Shown here: positions 1 to 8,583 of the stretch, in pieces | How the letters are laid out: the number at the start of each line of letters is the position of its first letter | How positions within the stretch are numbered: the first letter of the stretch is position 1 | Source of the DNA: a virus | Lineage: Duplodnaviria > Caudoviricetes | IMG/VR virus record: IMGVR_UViG_3300018405_000011 | Length of the DNA: 64,000 bases | Reading direction: 5' to 3' (one strand) | Program-made: the position numbers and the translations under genes | Notes under the pieces: generated by a model | The model's database searches: none | Told to the model about the DNA's origin: nothing | Seen by the model: only the letters and a program-made list of their open reading frames with translations

Positions 1-774
1 CTCATAATGGCAAATGAGGTATCTTTCTTTTCCTGTAGGCGGTTGCTTAGAGCTTGATATCCAATACGATTGCTCTTTACGGAAACGAGATTTTAGAGTA
101 GCCTCCCATACCTCATGAAGCGAGTTCTTTGGTACTGCAAAGACGGTAACGTCAGAATCCATTGCTAGTGAGAATGAGAACCCAGCGATAGTTTTACCTG
201 TACCAGGAGGGGCCGCTAGCATTAGTCCATTTAGATTTAACTTAGGTGCCTTTTCCGCGTAACTGCGTATAAAACCAGACTGCGTTTCCAATAACTTAAC
301 ATTCATCTCCTTTTCGATGGCACGCCAGTTGATTGAAAGAGCAGGTCTTTCCTGAGCTTCTTTAATCCACGTCTTTTCATAGACAGTAGAGATAATGCTG
401 TCTAAGGTACTATTCGCAATACGGGTCTTACGCTCTTTCATCTTTTCTAAGATGTAAAGTACCTCTAATACAAAGAAACTATGGAAAACAAGACTACGAG
501 AGGTTAAGTCGATAAAGATAGAGTTTGCGACTCTTTGTGTCTTCCATTCGTTAAGTACCGCACTATTTAGGTCTTTAGCACTAAATCCACCTACACGAAC
601 AATATTGTCCTTTTCTTCACAGCGAACAAAGGGCAGTGCATTAAGAATGAAGTCAAATGCCTCCATTGAATATTCGATTTCAGAAGGACTTAGGTCACAT
701 ACGCAGGATAGATATCGGTCTGGGTTGACATCGAATATCGTATCGATATGAAAGGGGAGTTCTGTTGTATTCAT
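1..774 (-). CDS. SF2 (DEAD/SNF2-like) helicase, N-terminal part; runs off the window edge
   Basis: Not in the ORF track. Manual translation from ATG at 774 is open for 258 codons to base 1: MNTTELPFHID...LMLAAPPGTGKTIAG...VFAVPKNSLHEVW. Walker A plus motif Ia-like segment; resembles the phiKZ gp75-type helicase. Confidence 0.8.
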   Translation of the reverse strand, partial: MNTTELPFHIDTIFDVNPDRYLSCVCDLSPSEIEYSMEAFDFILNALPFVRCEEKDNIVRVGGFSAKDLNSAVLNEWKTQRVANSIFIDLTSRSLVFHSFFVLEVLYILEKMKERKTRIANSTLDSIISTVYEKTWIKEAQERPALSINWRAIEKEMNVKLLETQSGFIRSYAEKAPKLNLNGLMLAAPPGTGKTIAGFSFSLAMDSDVTVFAVPKNSLHEVWEATLKSRFRKEQSYWISSSKQPPTGKERYLICHYE

Positions 775-854
775 GAGTGAGTAGCCTACTAGTATGCTAA
801 TGTTTTACTATTAAAGGGGTCTATTGGATTCGGTCATTGTTTCTAAGTTGAATG

Positions 855-867
855 AAACCTATATTAC
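855..867 (+). promoter_or_regulatory. Putative early (virion RNAP) promoter AAACCTATATTAC
   Basis: Exact 13-mer seen five times, always intergenic and upstream of + strand genes; contains the phiKZ early TATTAC core. Confidence 0.8.
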
Positions 868-920
868 CTTTATGAATTATTACGTTTATAAAACCCATTC
901 TATTAAAAAAGGATAACATT

Positions 921-1532
921 ATGAATAAGTTACAAAACATTAAAACGGCTAAAGAATACTACGATGCCTTATCTACTCGCGTTATTGGTCAGGAACATGC
1001 TAAGCGAGCAGTAGCTGTAGCGCTACACTCTCGTGAGTTAAATGGCCTATCTGGGCAAACTAAGGGTATCCCTAATAATATCCTGTTAAAGGGCCCTACG
1101 GGTTCAGGTAAGACTGAGATTCTTCGTACCCTACAATCAGAGCTGGGCTTGCCTGTAGAGACAATAGTGGCCACAAACATTACGCCTCCTGGTTATGTCG
1201 GCGAAGATATTCAGGACGTAATAAAGCGCCTCTACGATAATTTTGATGTAACGTCTATTCCGGAATGGTATTTAGATGATTTAGAGCGAAGAAAGGAGTA
1301 TGACCTTATCCCAGAGCACCGTCGACAATTGCGGTTCTTAGAAAATCTGGATGTAGCAAGTGCGGAGTTTACATGCTGCGGGGACATCGTTGATGATTAT
1401 ATGCGAGGGGTAGACATCATAAAGGATATTCTGGTTTCACTACCCTATCAAATCAAGATACCGTTTCTTAGAAAAAGTCTAGCGGCTATTTTTCCATCGC
1501 TGGTTAGAAGCTGGGGCGCTTGTCAAGGTTGA
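921..1532 (+). CDS. HslU/ClpX-like AAA+ N-terminal P-loop fragment; probably continues by +1 frameshift to 2139
   Basis: VIGQEHAKRAVAVAL...NILLKGPTGSGKTEI...ATNITPPGYVGED matches the HslU N-terminus. No DEIDK Walker B is visible. Confidence 0.8.
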   Translation: MNKLQNIKTAKEYYDALSTRVIGQEHAKRAVAVALHSRELNGLSGQTKGIPNNILLKGPTGSGKTEILRTLQSELGLPVETIVATNITPPGYVGEDIQDVIKRLYDNFDVTSIPEWYLDDLERRKEYDLIPEHRRQLRFLENLDVASAEFTCCGDIVDDYMRGVDIIKDILVSLPYQIKIPFLRKSLAAIFPSLVRSWGACQG

Positions 1533-2139
1533 AGAAGATGCCATTCACCGCTTTGAGTCTTCGGAATATAACCTTGTCATCCGTCCAACAGTAAAGGATG
1601 GCTTTCGAGCTATTGCTTTTGCTGTGGATGGCGAAGAAGACATGGAATTGGTACTTTTAACCACTTCTCATTTTACGGAATCTCAATATTTGGTGCCCGC
1701 CAAGATATCCTCTCCATACAAACGGGAAGATAAGGAACTGGTGGAATTACTCAGTGAGCGGTTATCGAATGGAGTGTATAAAGGTAAAGAAAAGAAAAAT
1801 GCTTTTCTCTTCCGTCAAGCACTATGTACACAAGCGCACTGTAATGGTCAGATTTCAAATTCATTATTTCAGGTCTATATCACTGGGCGCTTTCTAAATG
1901 GGGATTTCAATGCATTAACATATAGTCATGCAGCCGTGACAATTCTAAACCACCACATCGTGGCTTTAGGTTATAAGCGCATGCATCTTGGGAAAAGCTG
2001 GACACCGTGGTTCGAAGTCGACGGTAAACATCCTCTAGAGTGGTACCCACTTTCCTTATCTAAGATACCGAATGAAGAACAGAAGGCATTAATACTGAAG
2101 TATTTAAGGAAGCGTTTGAACGTTTCAAACAAACGTTAA
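1483..2139 (+). CDS. Probable C-terminal part of the HslU-like protein (track ORF 1624..2139)
   Basis: Frame 1 is open from 1483 and overlaps the 921 ORF. The GTG at 1624 has no Shine-Dalgarno. A T5 run lies at 1489-1493. Confidence 0.6.
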   Translation, partial: RLFFHRWLEAGALVKVEEDAIHRFESSEYNLVIRPTVKDGFRAIAFAVDGEEDMELVLLTTSHFTESQYLVPAKISSPYKREDKELVELLSERLSNGVYKGKEKKNAFLFRQALCTQAHCNGQISNSLFQVYITGRFLNGDFNALTYSHAAVTILNHHIVALGYKRMHLGKSWTPWFEVDGKHPLEWYPLSLSKIPNEEQKALILKYLRKRLNVSNKR

Positions 2140-2142
2140 AAC

Positions 2143-2174
2143 TAGAGCGTATTCCCGAAAGGGAATACGCTCTA
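2143..2174. terminator. Intrinsic terminator between convergent genes
   Basis: 14-bp perfect stem TAGAGCGTATTCCC/GGGAATACGCTCTA, GAAA loop, T tract downstream. Confidence 0.85.
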
Positions 2175-2198
2175 TGACCTTTATTTTTTTTTTATTAC

Positions 2199-2522
2199 TT
2201 AAACCAATGGTAACGGCTCACGCCCTTCTAAAAGCGACCCGATTAACATGACTGCAATGGAAGCGTAGCGCAGCGGTGAAGGGATTTCTTTTAAGAAACA
2301 AACACACACTAAACGCACGTAGCCCAGTAACTGTCGTGCAAATAACCAATTCTCACGAAACTGGGTATGAGCACTGGCGTCACCATTAAGGTTATCAATG
2401 GCGCGCTGACTCATAGCAACTTCGCGTTTAGCTCGCTCTAGTCTACGCGTTTGGAAATATAACATAACCGAGCGAACCTTGGCTGCTACGCTTAGCTTTG
2501 CTTTCATTAAGAATGCATACAT
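2199..2522 (-). CDS. Hypothetical protein with hydrophobic C-terminus
   Basis: ORF track; SD AGGAG upstream of ATG. Confidence 0.6.
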   Translation of the reverse strand: MYAFLMKAKLSVAAKVRSVMLYFQTRRLERAKREVAMSQRAIDNLNGDASAHTQFRENWLFARQLLGYVRLVCVCFLKEIPSPLRYASIAVMLIGSLLEGREPLPLV

Positions 2523-2594
2523 GACTTTCTCCTTTTATAGCTTCTATGCAATTGAAAAGATGAGTATAAAATAGCAAAGAAGGTATCTGTGGAC

Positions 2595-2921
2595 TCAGTT
2601 AAGGCATTCTCCATCAAAGAATATATCCGTAGGAGTAATTCTCAAGTCATGTAAGACTAAGGCCAGACTCTGAGCACTGTGGTCATTTAACCCAACGAGA
2701 ATAAGTTTCTTTATTCTCGCTAGGCGATTTGCCCTTCCCTCTAATAAAGCCTTCCAATAGCTGTAATCGATGGTATGGTCGACTGTGGCTATAATTTCGA
2801 TGATGTTCGGTATGAACTTAATATCGAACATTGCCTGTATCACCAAGGGGTCTTCTAGGGAAGAATGTAGCTCATTATGGTGTTGGGAGAGGTCGACAGT
2901 AAGACGGAGGGGCTTTGACAT
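2595..2921 (-). CDS. Hypothetical protein (track start 2951; likely start 2921, MSKPL)
   Basis: AGGAG SD precedes the ATG at 2921; part of the minus-strand operon. Confidence 0.6.
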   Translation of the reverse strand: MSKPLRLTVDLSQHHNELHSSLEDPLVIQAMFDIKFIPNIIEIIATVDHTIDYSYWKALLEGRANRLARIKKLILVGLNDHSAQSLALVLHDLRITPTDIFFDGECLN

Positions 2922-3570
2922 ACTGATGCTCCTGAAAGCCAATGATATCAAAGAGCTCTGCTCTATCTTCTTCTATCTTAAGATTAAAGCAAGGGATATC
3001 CAAATGTCGTGCTAGATAGACCGCAATACGCGTACCACCACTCACGGTTCCCTTAACTCTATCTTCATCGGCGTAGTAAACAACAAAGTCTGTTTTAGTC
3101 CAGTCCCGACATAGGACTTGATAAACGTTTCGGCAAAATAACCGCTGAATAGATTGCTTCACCTTATTTATCCATGGACATACCCCACTGTCGATTAAGA
3201 TATGTTTGGCAAATTCAAACTCCATGTCGCGTATGACTAAATATCGATTTCCGTCTTCTTTACGTCCCTCGAAATTCCACCATGGTAACCAGCTTTCGAG
3301 ATAGTCTTCTTTTTCAAAGTCTGTTGCTGCGGCTAAAGTTCCTTCTTCAAAATGACTGTCTGAACCAGGAGCTGACCCAGTATATAACTTATTCCCGTTA
3401 GTAGTAAGATAGTAGGCCAGTTCCCACATCAGTCTAGCTATCTCCGGTGGTACTGACCGGCTCCCAATGCCCGTCCAACGGAATGCCCTTTTCTTTAGTA
3501 AGAGCTTCCCAGCTCTGGGGTGAGAGTTGGTCCATAATGTCCGTAATGCGGATACGTTCTCGTTCACCAT
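2875..3570 (-). CDS. SLOG/DprA(Smf)-like nucleotide-binding domain protein
   Basis: WTGIGSR...YTGSAPGSDSHFE...VSGGTRIAVYLARHLDIPCFNL are typical SLOG motifs. The N-terminal 30 aa look off-frame (see finding). Confidence 0.7.
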   Translation of the reverse strand: MVNENVSALRTLWTNSHPRAGKLLLKKRAFRWTGIGSRSVPPEIARLMWELAYYLTTNGNKLYTGSAPGSDSHFEEGTLAAATDFEKEDYLESWLPWWNFEGRKEDGNRYLVIRDMEFEFAKHILIDSGVCPWINKVKQSIQRLFCRNVYQVLCRDWTKTDFVVYYADEDRVKGTVSGGTRIAVYLARHLDIPCFNLKIEEDRAELFDIIGFQEHQYVKAPPSYCRPLPTP

Positions 3571-4219
3571 CTTTATACCCCACCATGATAAAACCCGGCT
3601 CAGCCAAAGTAGTTATTTTAGCTGTGCCTTTAAAGGTCTGTATTTCTGCCCCTATCGCAAGCTTTGATTTATGAATAAACGCAAAGATGTCGTAGGATAG
3701 GCCAGCATGGCTTAAATAACATTGTGTTACACCTAACTGTTTGAGTTGCTGCTCGAGTTTAGGAATCGTAACAAAATCCCCATGTTTATTAACAACATGG
3801 GTCTGTGTTTGGGTAGCGGTACACTCTATCACTTTTCCCGACGGGACGTCATAGAGATAATACTCACGGGACAGCCCATGGTAATTAATGGCCGCGCGCG
3901 GCACATTTAAAGTACCGATATATACTGGAGTGATGCGGACGTAATTCCTTTCTGGTAAAAGGCTAAAATGAATAAGTCCATTAGCTGTGAGTTTCCCTTT
4001 TAATGACTCGTCCATTTCATCCCATACACACCAGTCTTTTAGCCAGTCTTGCATAAGTACGAATGGCGTACCGTGCTCATCACTGATGCGCACTGAGTTA
4101 CCCATAACATCAACGTGCGCAACGCGTATTACAGACCTCTGTGGCTGGCGGGTACTGCACATTAGCTTGCCAATCGACCCACAGAGCGTTTCTAGTGTAA
4201 GGGCAGGTAGTCTACTCAT
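3434..4219 (-). CDS. Hypothetical protein; possibly the N-terminal part of a fusion with the SLOG domain
   Basis: ORF track; 137-nt overlap with the SLOG ORF. Confidence 0.65.
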   Translation of the reverse strand: MSRLPALTLETLCGSIGKLMCSTRQPQRSVIRVAHVDVMGNSVRISDEHGTPFVLMQDWLKDWCVWDEMDESLKGKLTANGLIHFSLLPERNYVRITPVYIGTLNVPRAAINYHGLSREYYLYDVPSGKVIECTATQTQTHVVNKHGDFVTIPKLEQQLKQLGVTQCYLSHAGLSYDIFAFIHKSKLAIGAEIQTFKGTAKITTLAEPGFIMVGYKDGERERIRITDIMDQLSPQSWEALTKEKGIPLDGHWEPVSTTGDS

Positions 4220-4701
4220 AACTCGCTCTCCAGTATGGTGTCAGAGATATAATGAAACATCGTATCGCCCAATACGCGCTTGTCAAAACGGTGTTGTCCG
4301 GTGATGTCTGCAATACCTTCGATAGTAACTAGGGCAGGAGAATGGCACGTCGACGCAACGTCTTCTTCTAGCTCAACCATGTAGGTGGCGACATCGCCAG
4401 ATTGTAGTCCGCGTACCTTCATGTCACCAATGCCAGTAAGCTGTATCTGCGTTTCCAAATACGGGCCGTTTGATGAAACCGTCCCTTTACGATGACAGTC
4501 TACGATATTACTAACTATAGACTCCAGTTCTTCTAAGGTATTAACTTTACGCTTAACCATATCCGCCAGAATTGCTGCCGCAGCTCGTGGCGTCAACCGA
4601 ACATCCGTCTTCTCGTTCCATAGTTTCAGGAAGAGCTCGCCATTAATCTTCGTGCCGTCTGTCAACATACACATTGCGGCTTGTTTTAATTTTGCTACCA
4701 T
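4216..4701 (-). CDS. Hypothetical protein
   Basis: ORF track; ATGA-type coupling to the next gene. Confidence 0.65.
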   Translation of the reverse strand: MVAKLKQAAMCMLTDGTKINGELFLKLWNEKTDVRLTPRAAAAILADMVKRKVNTLEELESIVSNIVDCHRKGTVSSNGPYLETQIQLTGIGDMKVRGLQSGDVATYMVELEEDVASTCHSPALVTIEGIADITGQHRFDKRVLGDTMFHYISDTILESEL

Positions 4702-4703
4702 TT

Positions 4704-5144
4704 TTATACTCCTAACTTAAGGGAATTTTCTTTTATTTGAATATCACTGCCTTCTAGTGTGTAGAAGTCCTCGACATAAAACCATTGGGTTATGTAATAA
4801 AGCGGGATAGTGGTTACTGGACCATAACGCCCATTGACAAAATAACTGCCTTTAGCTAAAGCAGTATCGTGATTAACCCAGTGTAAGTGTGCTTTAATGA
4901 CTTCGCCATTAGCTTCGTTACGACCTATGATGTATCCTTTTCGGGATGGATAAAGGAAGCGGCGCTTAGTGGCACTTAGAAACGAAGCGTAATGCTTTCC
5001 GCAGCAACTACAGGCACATAGAGCATCGGGTGACAGTATGCGTTTACCAGTGTTAACGTGTAACCAGTCATGATGGCCTGCCTTACACATTTGCTCGTTC
5101 TGTTCTAGACTATGCCAAAACAAAGTACGGAGTATATGTATCAT
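4704..5144 (-). CDS. Hypothetical Cys/His (putative Zn-binding) protein, tandem paralog 2
   Basis: CxxGHHDW...CSCCG...FLYP...YIIG...PLYYITQW. Confidence 0.7.
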   Translation of the reverse strand: MIHILRTLFWHSLEQNEQMCKAGHHDWLHVNTGKRILSPDALCACSCCGKHYASFLSATKRRFLYPSRKGYIIGRNEANGEVIKAHLHWVNHDTALAKGSYFVNGRYGPVTTIPLYYITQWFYVEDFYTLEGSDIQIKENSLKLGV

Positions 5145-5593
5145 AAAGGTTCTCCTCGCTCTACTTTACGGATTACTAGATGGAGTTCCCAGTTACGCAT
5201 GGTAGAGAAATTATCCGTGTATTGCCAATTTGCCAGGTGATACAAGGGATATGGCCGACTTGTAAAAAACTGACCATCTGTGTATTCCGAAATCTCAGCG
5301 GTGCCCGTTTCTAAGCAAACCTTATTAACTCGCATTACCATAAGACAGTGGTCTACAGAATCGTAACCGACCACATAAGTGTTTTCCTTAGGGTAAATAA
5401 AGCCTTCTTTTTGTTTAAGGCAGTATAGATAAGATACCCCACAGTGGCGACAGTGGCCATCGGCAATCAATTTATGGGTTTTTATAATTCCGTCATTTAT
5501 TGCTGGAGGCCAAGCATGGCGACCTTTAAGACATCTCCGTGCCTGTAAAGTCGCTTTGATGAATTGACTAATGGTAAGTCCATGTATTAACAT
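5141..5593 (-). CDS. Hypothetical Cys/His (putative Zn-binding) protein, tandem paralog 1
   Basis: CxxGRHAW...CRHCG...FIYP...YVVG...PLYHLANW. Confidence 0.7.
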   Translation of the reverse strand: MLIHGLTISQFIKATLQARRCLKGRHAWPPAINDGIIKTHKLIADGHCRHCGVSYLYCLKQKEGFIYPKENTYVVGYDSVDHCLMVMRVNKVCLETGTAEISEYTDGQFFTSRPYPLYHLANWQYTDNFSTMRNWELHLVIRKVERGEPL

Positions 5594-5671
5594 TCTTTTT
5601 TAACCCTTTGCTTTATTGGCTACTAATCAATTCTATTTTTGTATTTTCTTTCACCGTATCAAAATTTAATA

Positions 5672-5684
5672 AAACCTATATTAC
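5672..5684 (+). promoter_or_regulatory. Putative early promoter AAACCTATATTAC
   Basis: Exact motif copy 37 nt upstream of the ORF at 5722. Confidence 0.8.
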
Positions 5685-5721
5685 TCTAATGGTTACATAC
5701 TGATAAACTAGGAGAAACAGA

Positions 5722-6591
5722 ATGCTTACTGAAACACGCACTAAAGGTACAGAAGAAGAGTTATCGTTAAAGAATCGCTATGGGCACTATGTTGGAGCCT
5801 TTATTAAGAATGAGCTGCCAGGAGCTAAACGCCCCAATGGTGAACTCATGTCGAATAGTGACCCTTACGGCACAGGCTGCGTTGAAACCTTAGGTCTCTA
5901 CCATATCTCTGGGGACGACCCACGTTACACATTCCTGGGAGGGGGGCACAGTCGCACGGCGTGGTTTGATGGTCTAAGTGACGTCGTCATAAAGACCCGT
6001 GACCAAACAGAAGCGAGGGAAGGAAATGGGTTGGAATATGCGGCATGGAAACTCTTAAGTAAATCAGCTAAAAGGAAATTACTTTGTCCAATTGCCAGTA
6101 TCAGTTCTGAAGGTGATGTACTTCGAATGCAGCCCGCGCGGTCACTTGCACATGACGAGATGGTCATTGAAGTCAATAGTATCTTCCAGTACTATCGTCG
6201 TGATAACTTTGGTTGGATTCAAATCTCTCCTACGATTGAAAGATTGGTATCTGTTGATTACGCGGATATCGACTTAGAGGGAGAGTTCCACGACTATATA
6301 CCGCAACTAAGTCAACGACCCTTTACCGGAGAACCACCTTTCGTATCTAAAGACGTGAGAATGTTCAAAATCGGCGAGTGTCGAAATATCCATACCTTTG
6401 AGCGCTGTGATGAGGAAGGTAAACCGTTAAAGGACCATCCTAAAACACTATATGCTGCTTACTGTGTTAGAAATAAAGATTACATCGAGAACCTCGAGTC
6501 CGTAATGCTAGAAAGGGGCGTAAGTAAGGCGCAGTTACGATCTGCCGAAAAGGCATATGCGCGCAGTCTAGAAACCAAAAACAAAGTTTAA
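5722..6591 (+). CDS. Protein-kinase-like fold protein with a degenerate catalytic loop
   Basis: Gly loop LGGGHSR, VVIK, alphaC-like NxLE, RDNFG loop, and VDYA as a DFG-like motif. Confidence 0.55.
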   Translation: MLTETRTKGTEEELSLKNRYGHYVGAFIKNELPGAKRPNGELMSNSDPYGTGCVETLGLYHISGDDPRYTFLGGGHSRTAWFDGLSDVVIKTRDQTEAREGNGLEYAAWKLLSKSAKRKLLCPIASISSEGDVLRMQPARSLAHDEMVIEVNSIFQYYRRDNFGWIQISPTIERLVSVDYADIDLEGEFHDYIPQLSQRPFTGEPPFVSKDVRMFKIGECRNIHTFERCDEEGKPLKDHPKTLYAAYCVRNKDYIENLESVMLERGVSKAQLRSAEKAYARSLETKNKV

Positions 6592-6645
6592 ATGAGTACT
6601 CATGAATGAAGGTCTGCTTACATGTGAGTACTAAAATGAGGAATA

Positions 6646-7266
6646 TTGTTTATGTCAGAATATGGTAATTTTTTAACAGGGCGAAAAGTAAAAAATCCTA
6701 GAAATATCTTCGAGCGGATATTTTCCATGACCCTGGACGATGACCAAAAATATCTTCGCTACAATAGCGACTTGGATATCGCTCGATACACGTTCTCATT
6801 AACACCTGACTGCCTGGAGCAAATTGAAAAGTACGCGGGCTATGTTAAGTTAGATATAAAGGAGGTCGCTCTGGCGGTTCTATCACTGTTAGAGCCTAAG
6901 AATCAAAAATATGCAGATTTTATTCTTAAGGATTATAAAGGTAATGCCTTAGAAGTTTTATGGGTTGGGTTGTTTCATATAGACCGTTTTAGAGGACCGA
7001 GGCTCTTACCCATGGTATTTCTTTACCCACACTTCAAAAAGAATTTAACTAAGGATGAATACACAGGTATTTTAAAATATCGCCCTCAAGGCTACCCGAG
7101 CTATATTTATCTCTACGTAAATTTAATTAATCTCACCGTAAAGTATCTCAATGTTGGAAAAGAAAAAGTTCCAATTCGAGAAGCTAAATGTAATAACTTT
7201 TACATGGCATCTCTGGTGCAAGACTCAGCTATTCAACTATCTAAGAACTATCGGTATATTTTATAA
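6646..7266 (+). CDS. Hypothetical protein, AT-rich
   Basis: ORF track; GAGG SD; about 35% GC by hand count over 6841-7260. Confidence 0.65.
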   Translation: MFMSEYGNFLTGRKVKNPRNIFERIFSMTLDDDQKYLRYNSDLDIARYTFSLTPDCLEQIEKYAGYVKLDIKEVALAVLSLLEPKNQKYADFILKDYKGNALEVLWVGLFHIDRFRGPRLLPMVFLYPHFKKNLTKDEYTGILKYRPQGYPSYIYLYVNLINLTVKYLNVGKEKVPIREAKCNNFYMASLVQDSAIQLSKNYRYIL

Positions 7267-7289
7267 ACAACTTACTAAAGGGTGAAAGT

Positions 7290-7619
7290 ATGTTACAACA
7301 CGTAAGCACTCCAACTCTCGCGGTCTTATTCTTAGCTGTGGGGTTAGTCACTCTGACTCTACCTAAAAAAGAAATGACTGTATATCAGGATAAGGCTCTG
7401 TCTAATAGCCAGGAATCTCAGGACTATATATTGCGGTGTTTGAATACATCAGTTATCAAAAGTGATATCGAAGAAGGTGTCCGTATCTGCGAAAGCCAAG
7501 CAAAGGAACTGTTCGGCGATACCATTTTTTATGGGGCATCGGCTTTTGGAGCGGTGCGTTTTTGTATTACAGATAACATTAAAAGCACACAAAGCTGTTT
7601 AAAAGAAAACTACCACTAA
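7290..7619 (+). CDS. Membrane-anchored or exported protein with four Cys
   Basis: N-terminal hydrophobic LAVLFLAVGLVTLTL followed by a soluble domain with two Cys pairs. Confidence 0.65.
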   Translation: MLQHVSTPTLAVLFLAVGLVTLTLPKKEMTVYQDKALSNSQESQDYILRCLNTSVIKSDIEEGVRICESQAKELFGDTIFYGASAFGAVRFCITDNIKSTQSCLKENYH

Positions 7620-7632
7620 AGGGGGACACGGC

Positions 7633-8547
7633 ATGTTAGGACCTAGATTTGCAATAGACCACCCGTCATCAGAAACGTTTATCGAAGTTCCATTAGACCA
7701 TAATGATTTTACTAATGGTAACATTAATAATAACGGCAGTATTAAACTCAGCAACATTTTGACTCAGTTCTCCTCCAATAAACCAGAAGGTACACTCCAC
7801 CTTCTAGTGGACGGTATCGTACATAGCTATATTCATATTTGTAATGGAGAAATCGCGGTAATCGAAAACGCAATGTCAAATAGTAACCTCAAACAGGAAG
7901 AGGGTGGCGCAGATGGCTTACCGGCATGGCAACAGTTTGCGGACTACGGTCTAAGCTCACTCAAGCCCCCTCAGATAGGTAGCGGTAAAACGGACGTTAT
8001 TTTAGTAGACGATCATCAAAAAGGAAAAACTGCGGCTATAGTGGCCGCTACCTTTGTTCGAGGTGGTCTGACAGTATCACCTGGAAGTACTGTCACCAGA
8101 CATGACGGTACTATCGTCGATGATGCTGAGACCATTCGTTTACGTGACCCATTTAACTATTTTTCTGGGACAACACTGACTTCTTTATGCCGAGTGCGTT
8201 CACCAATTGACAAGAAGGCTGAAGGTGACCAGGGGCTAGAATGTACTTGGGATGAAATTAAGAAAAGAAATAATGGACTCTCTACGCGGGAGGAACGTTT
8301 AGTCAAACATTGGCTTGAGCTATTAGAACCTGAAACGATTGATGGCACTGCCATGGATTTTGACGGGAACACCGCTTATCCTGCATCTATGAGAAAGGCA
8401 GAAATGAAGCATCTGGAGTCTGATGCTAAACGCATGAATCCTGCGTATCGTGACGGGAAGCGCTTACAGAATGACTTGCCTGGACCAATGCGCAAGAAAC
8501 CTAACCGTAAGAAGCTAAAAGTTAAACGCAAAGCCTCTCGCCGATAA
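7633..8547 (+). CDS. Hypothetical protein with a highly basic C-terminal tail
   Basis: ORF track; ends KKPNRKKLKVKRKASRR. Confidence 0.7.
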   Translation: MLGPRFAIDHPSSETFIEVPLDHNDFTNGNINNNGSIKLSNILTQFSSNKPEGTLHLLVDGIVHSYIHICNGEIAVIENAMSNSNLKQEEGGADGLPAWQQFADYGLSSLKPPQIGSGKTDVILVDDHQKGKTAAIVAATFVRGGLTVSPGSTVTRHDGTIVDDAETIRLRDPFNYFSGTTLTSLCRVRSPIDKKAEGDQGLECTWDEIKKRNNGLSTREERLVKHWLELLEPETIDGTAMDFDGNTAYPASMRKAEMKHLESDAKRMNPAYRDGKRLQNDLPGPMRKKPNRKKLKVKRKASRR

Positions 8548-8583
8548 TGGCTACAACGCGAACATTTAAAAAGGAGTACTACC

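Noticed and set aside
6592-6641. ATGAGTACTCAT palindrome as an operator
   Set aside because: One perfect copy with only partial echoes (6636, 23479); no consistent positioning.
7633-8547. P-loop NTPase (GSGKT, KGKT)
   Set aside because: Neither motif has the GxxxxGKT spacing after a hydrophobic strand, and no Walker B was found.
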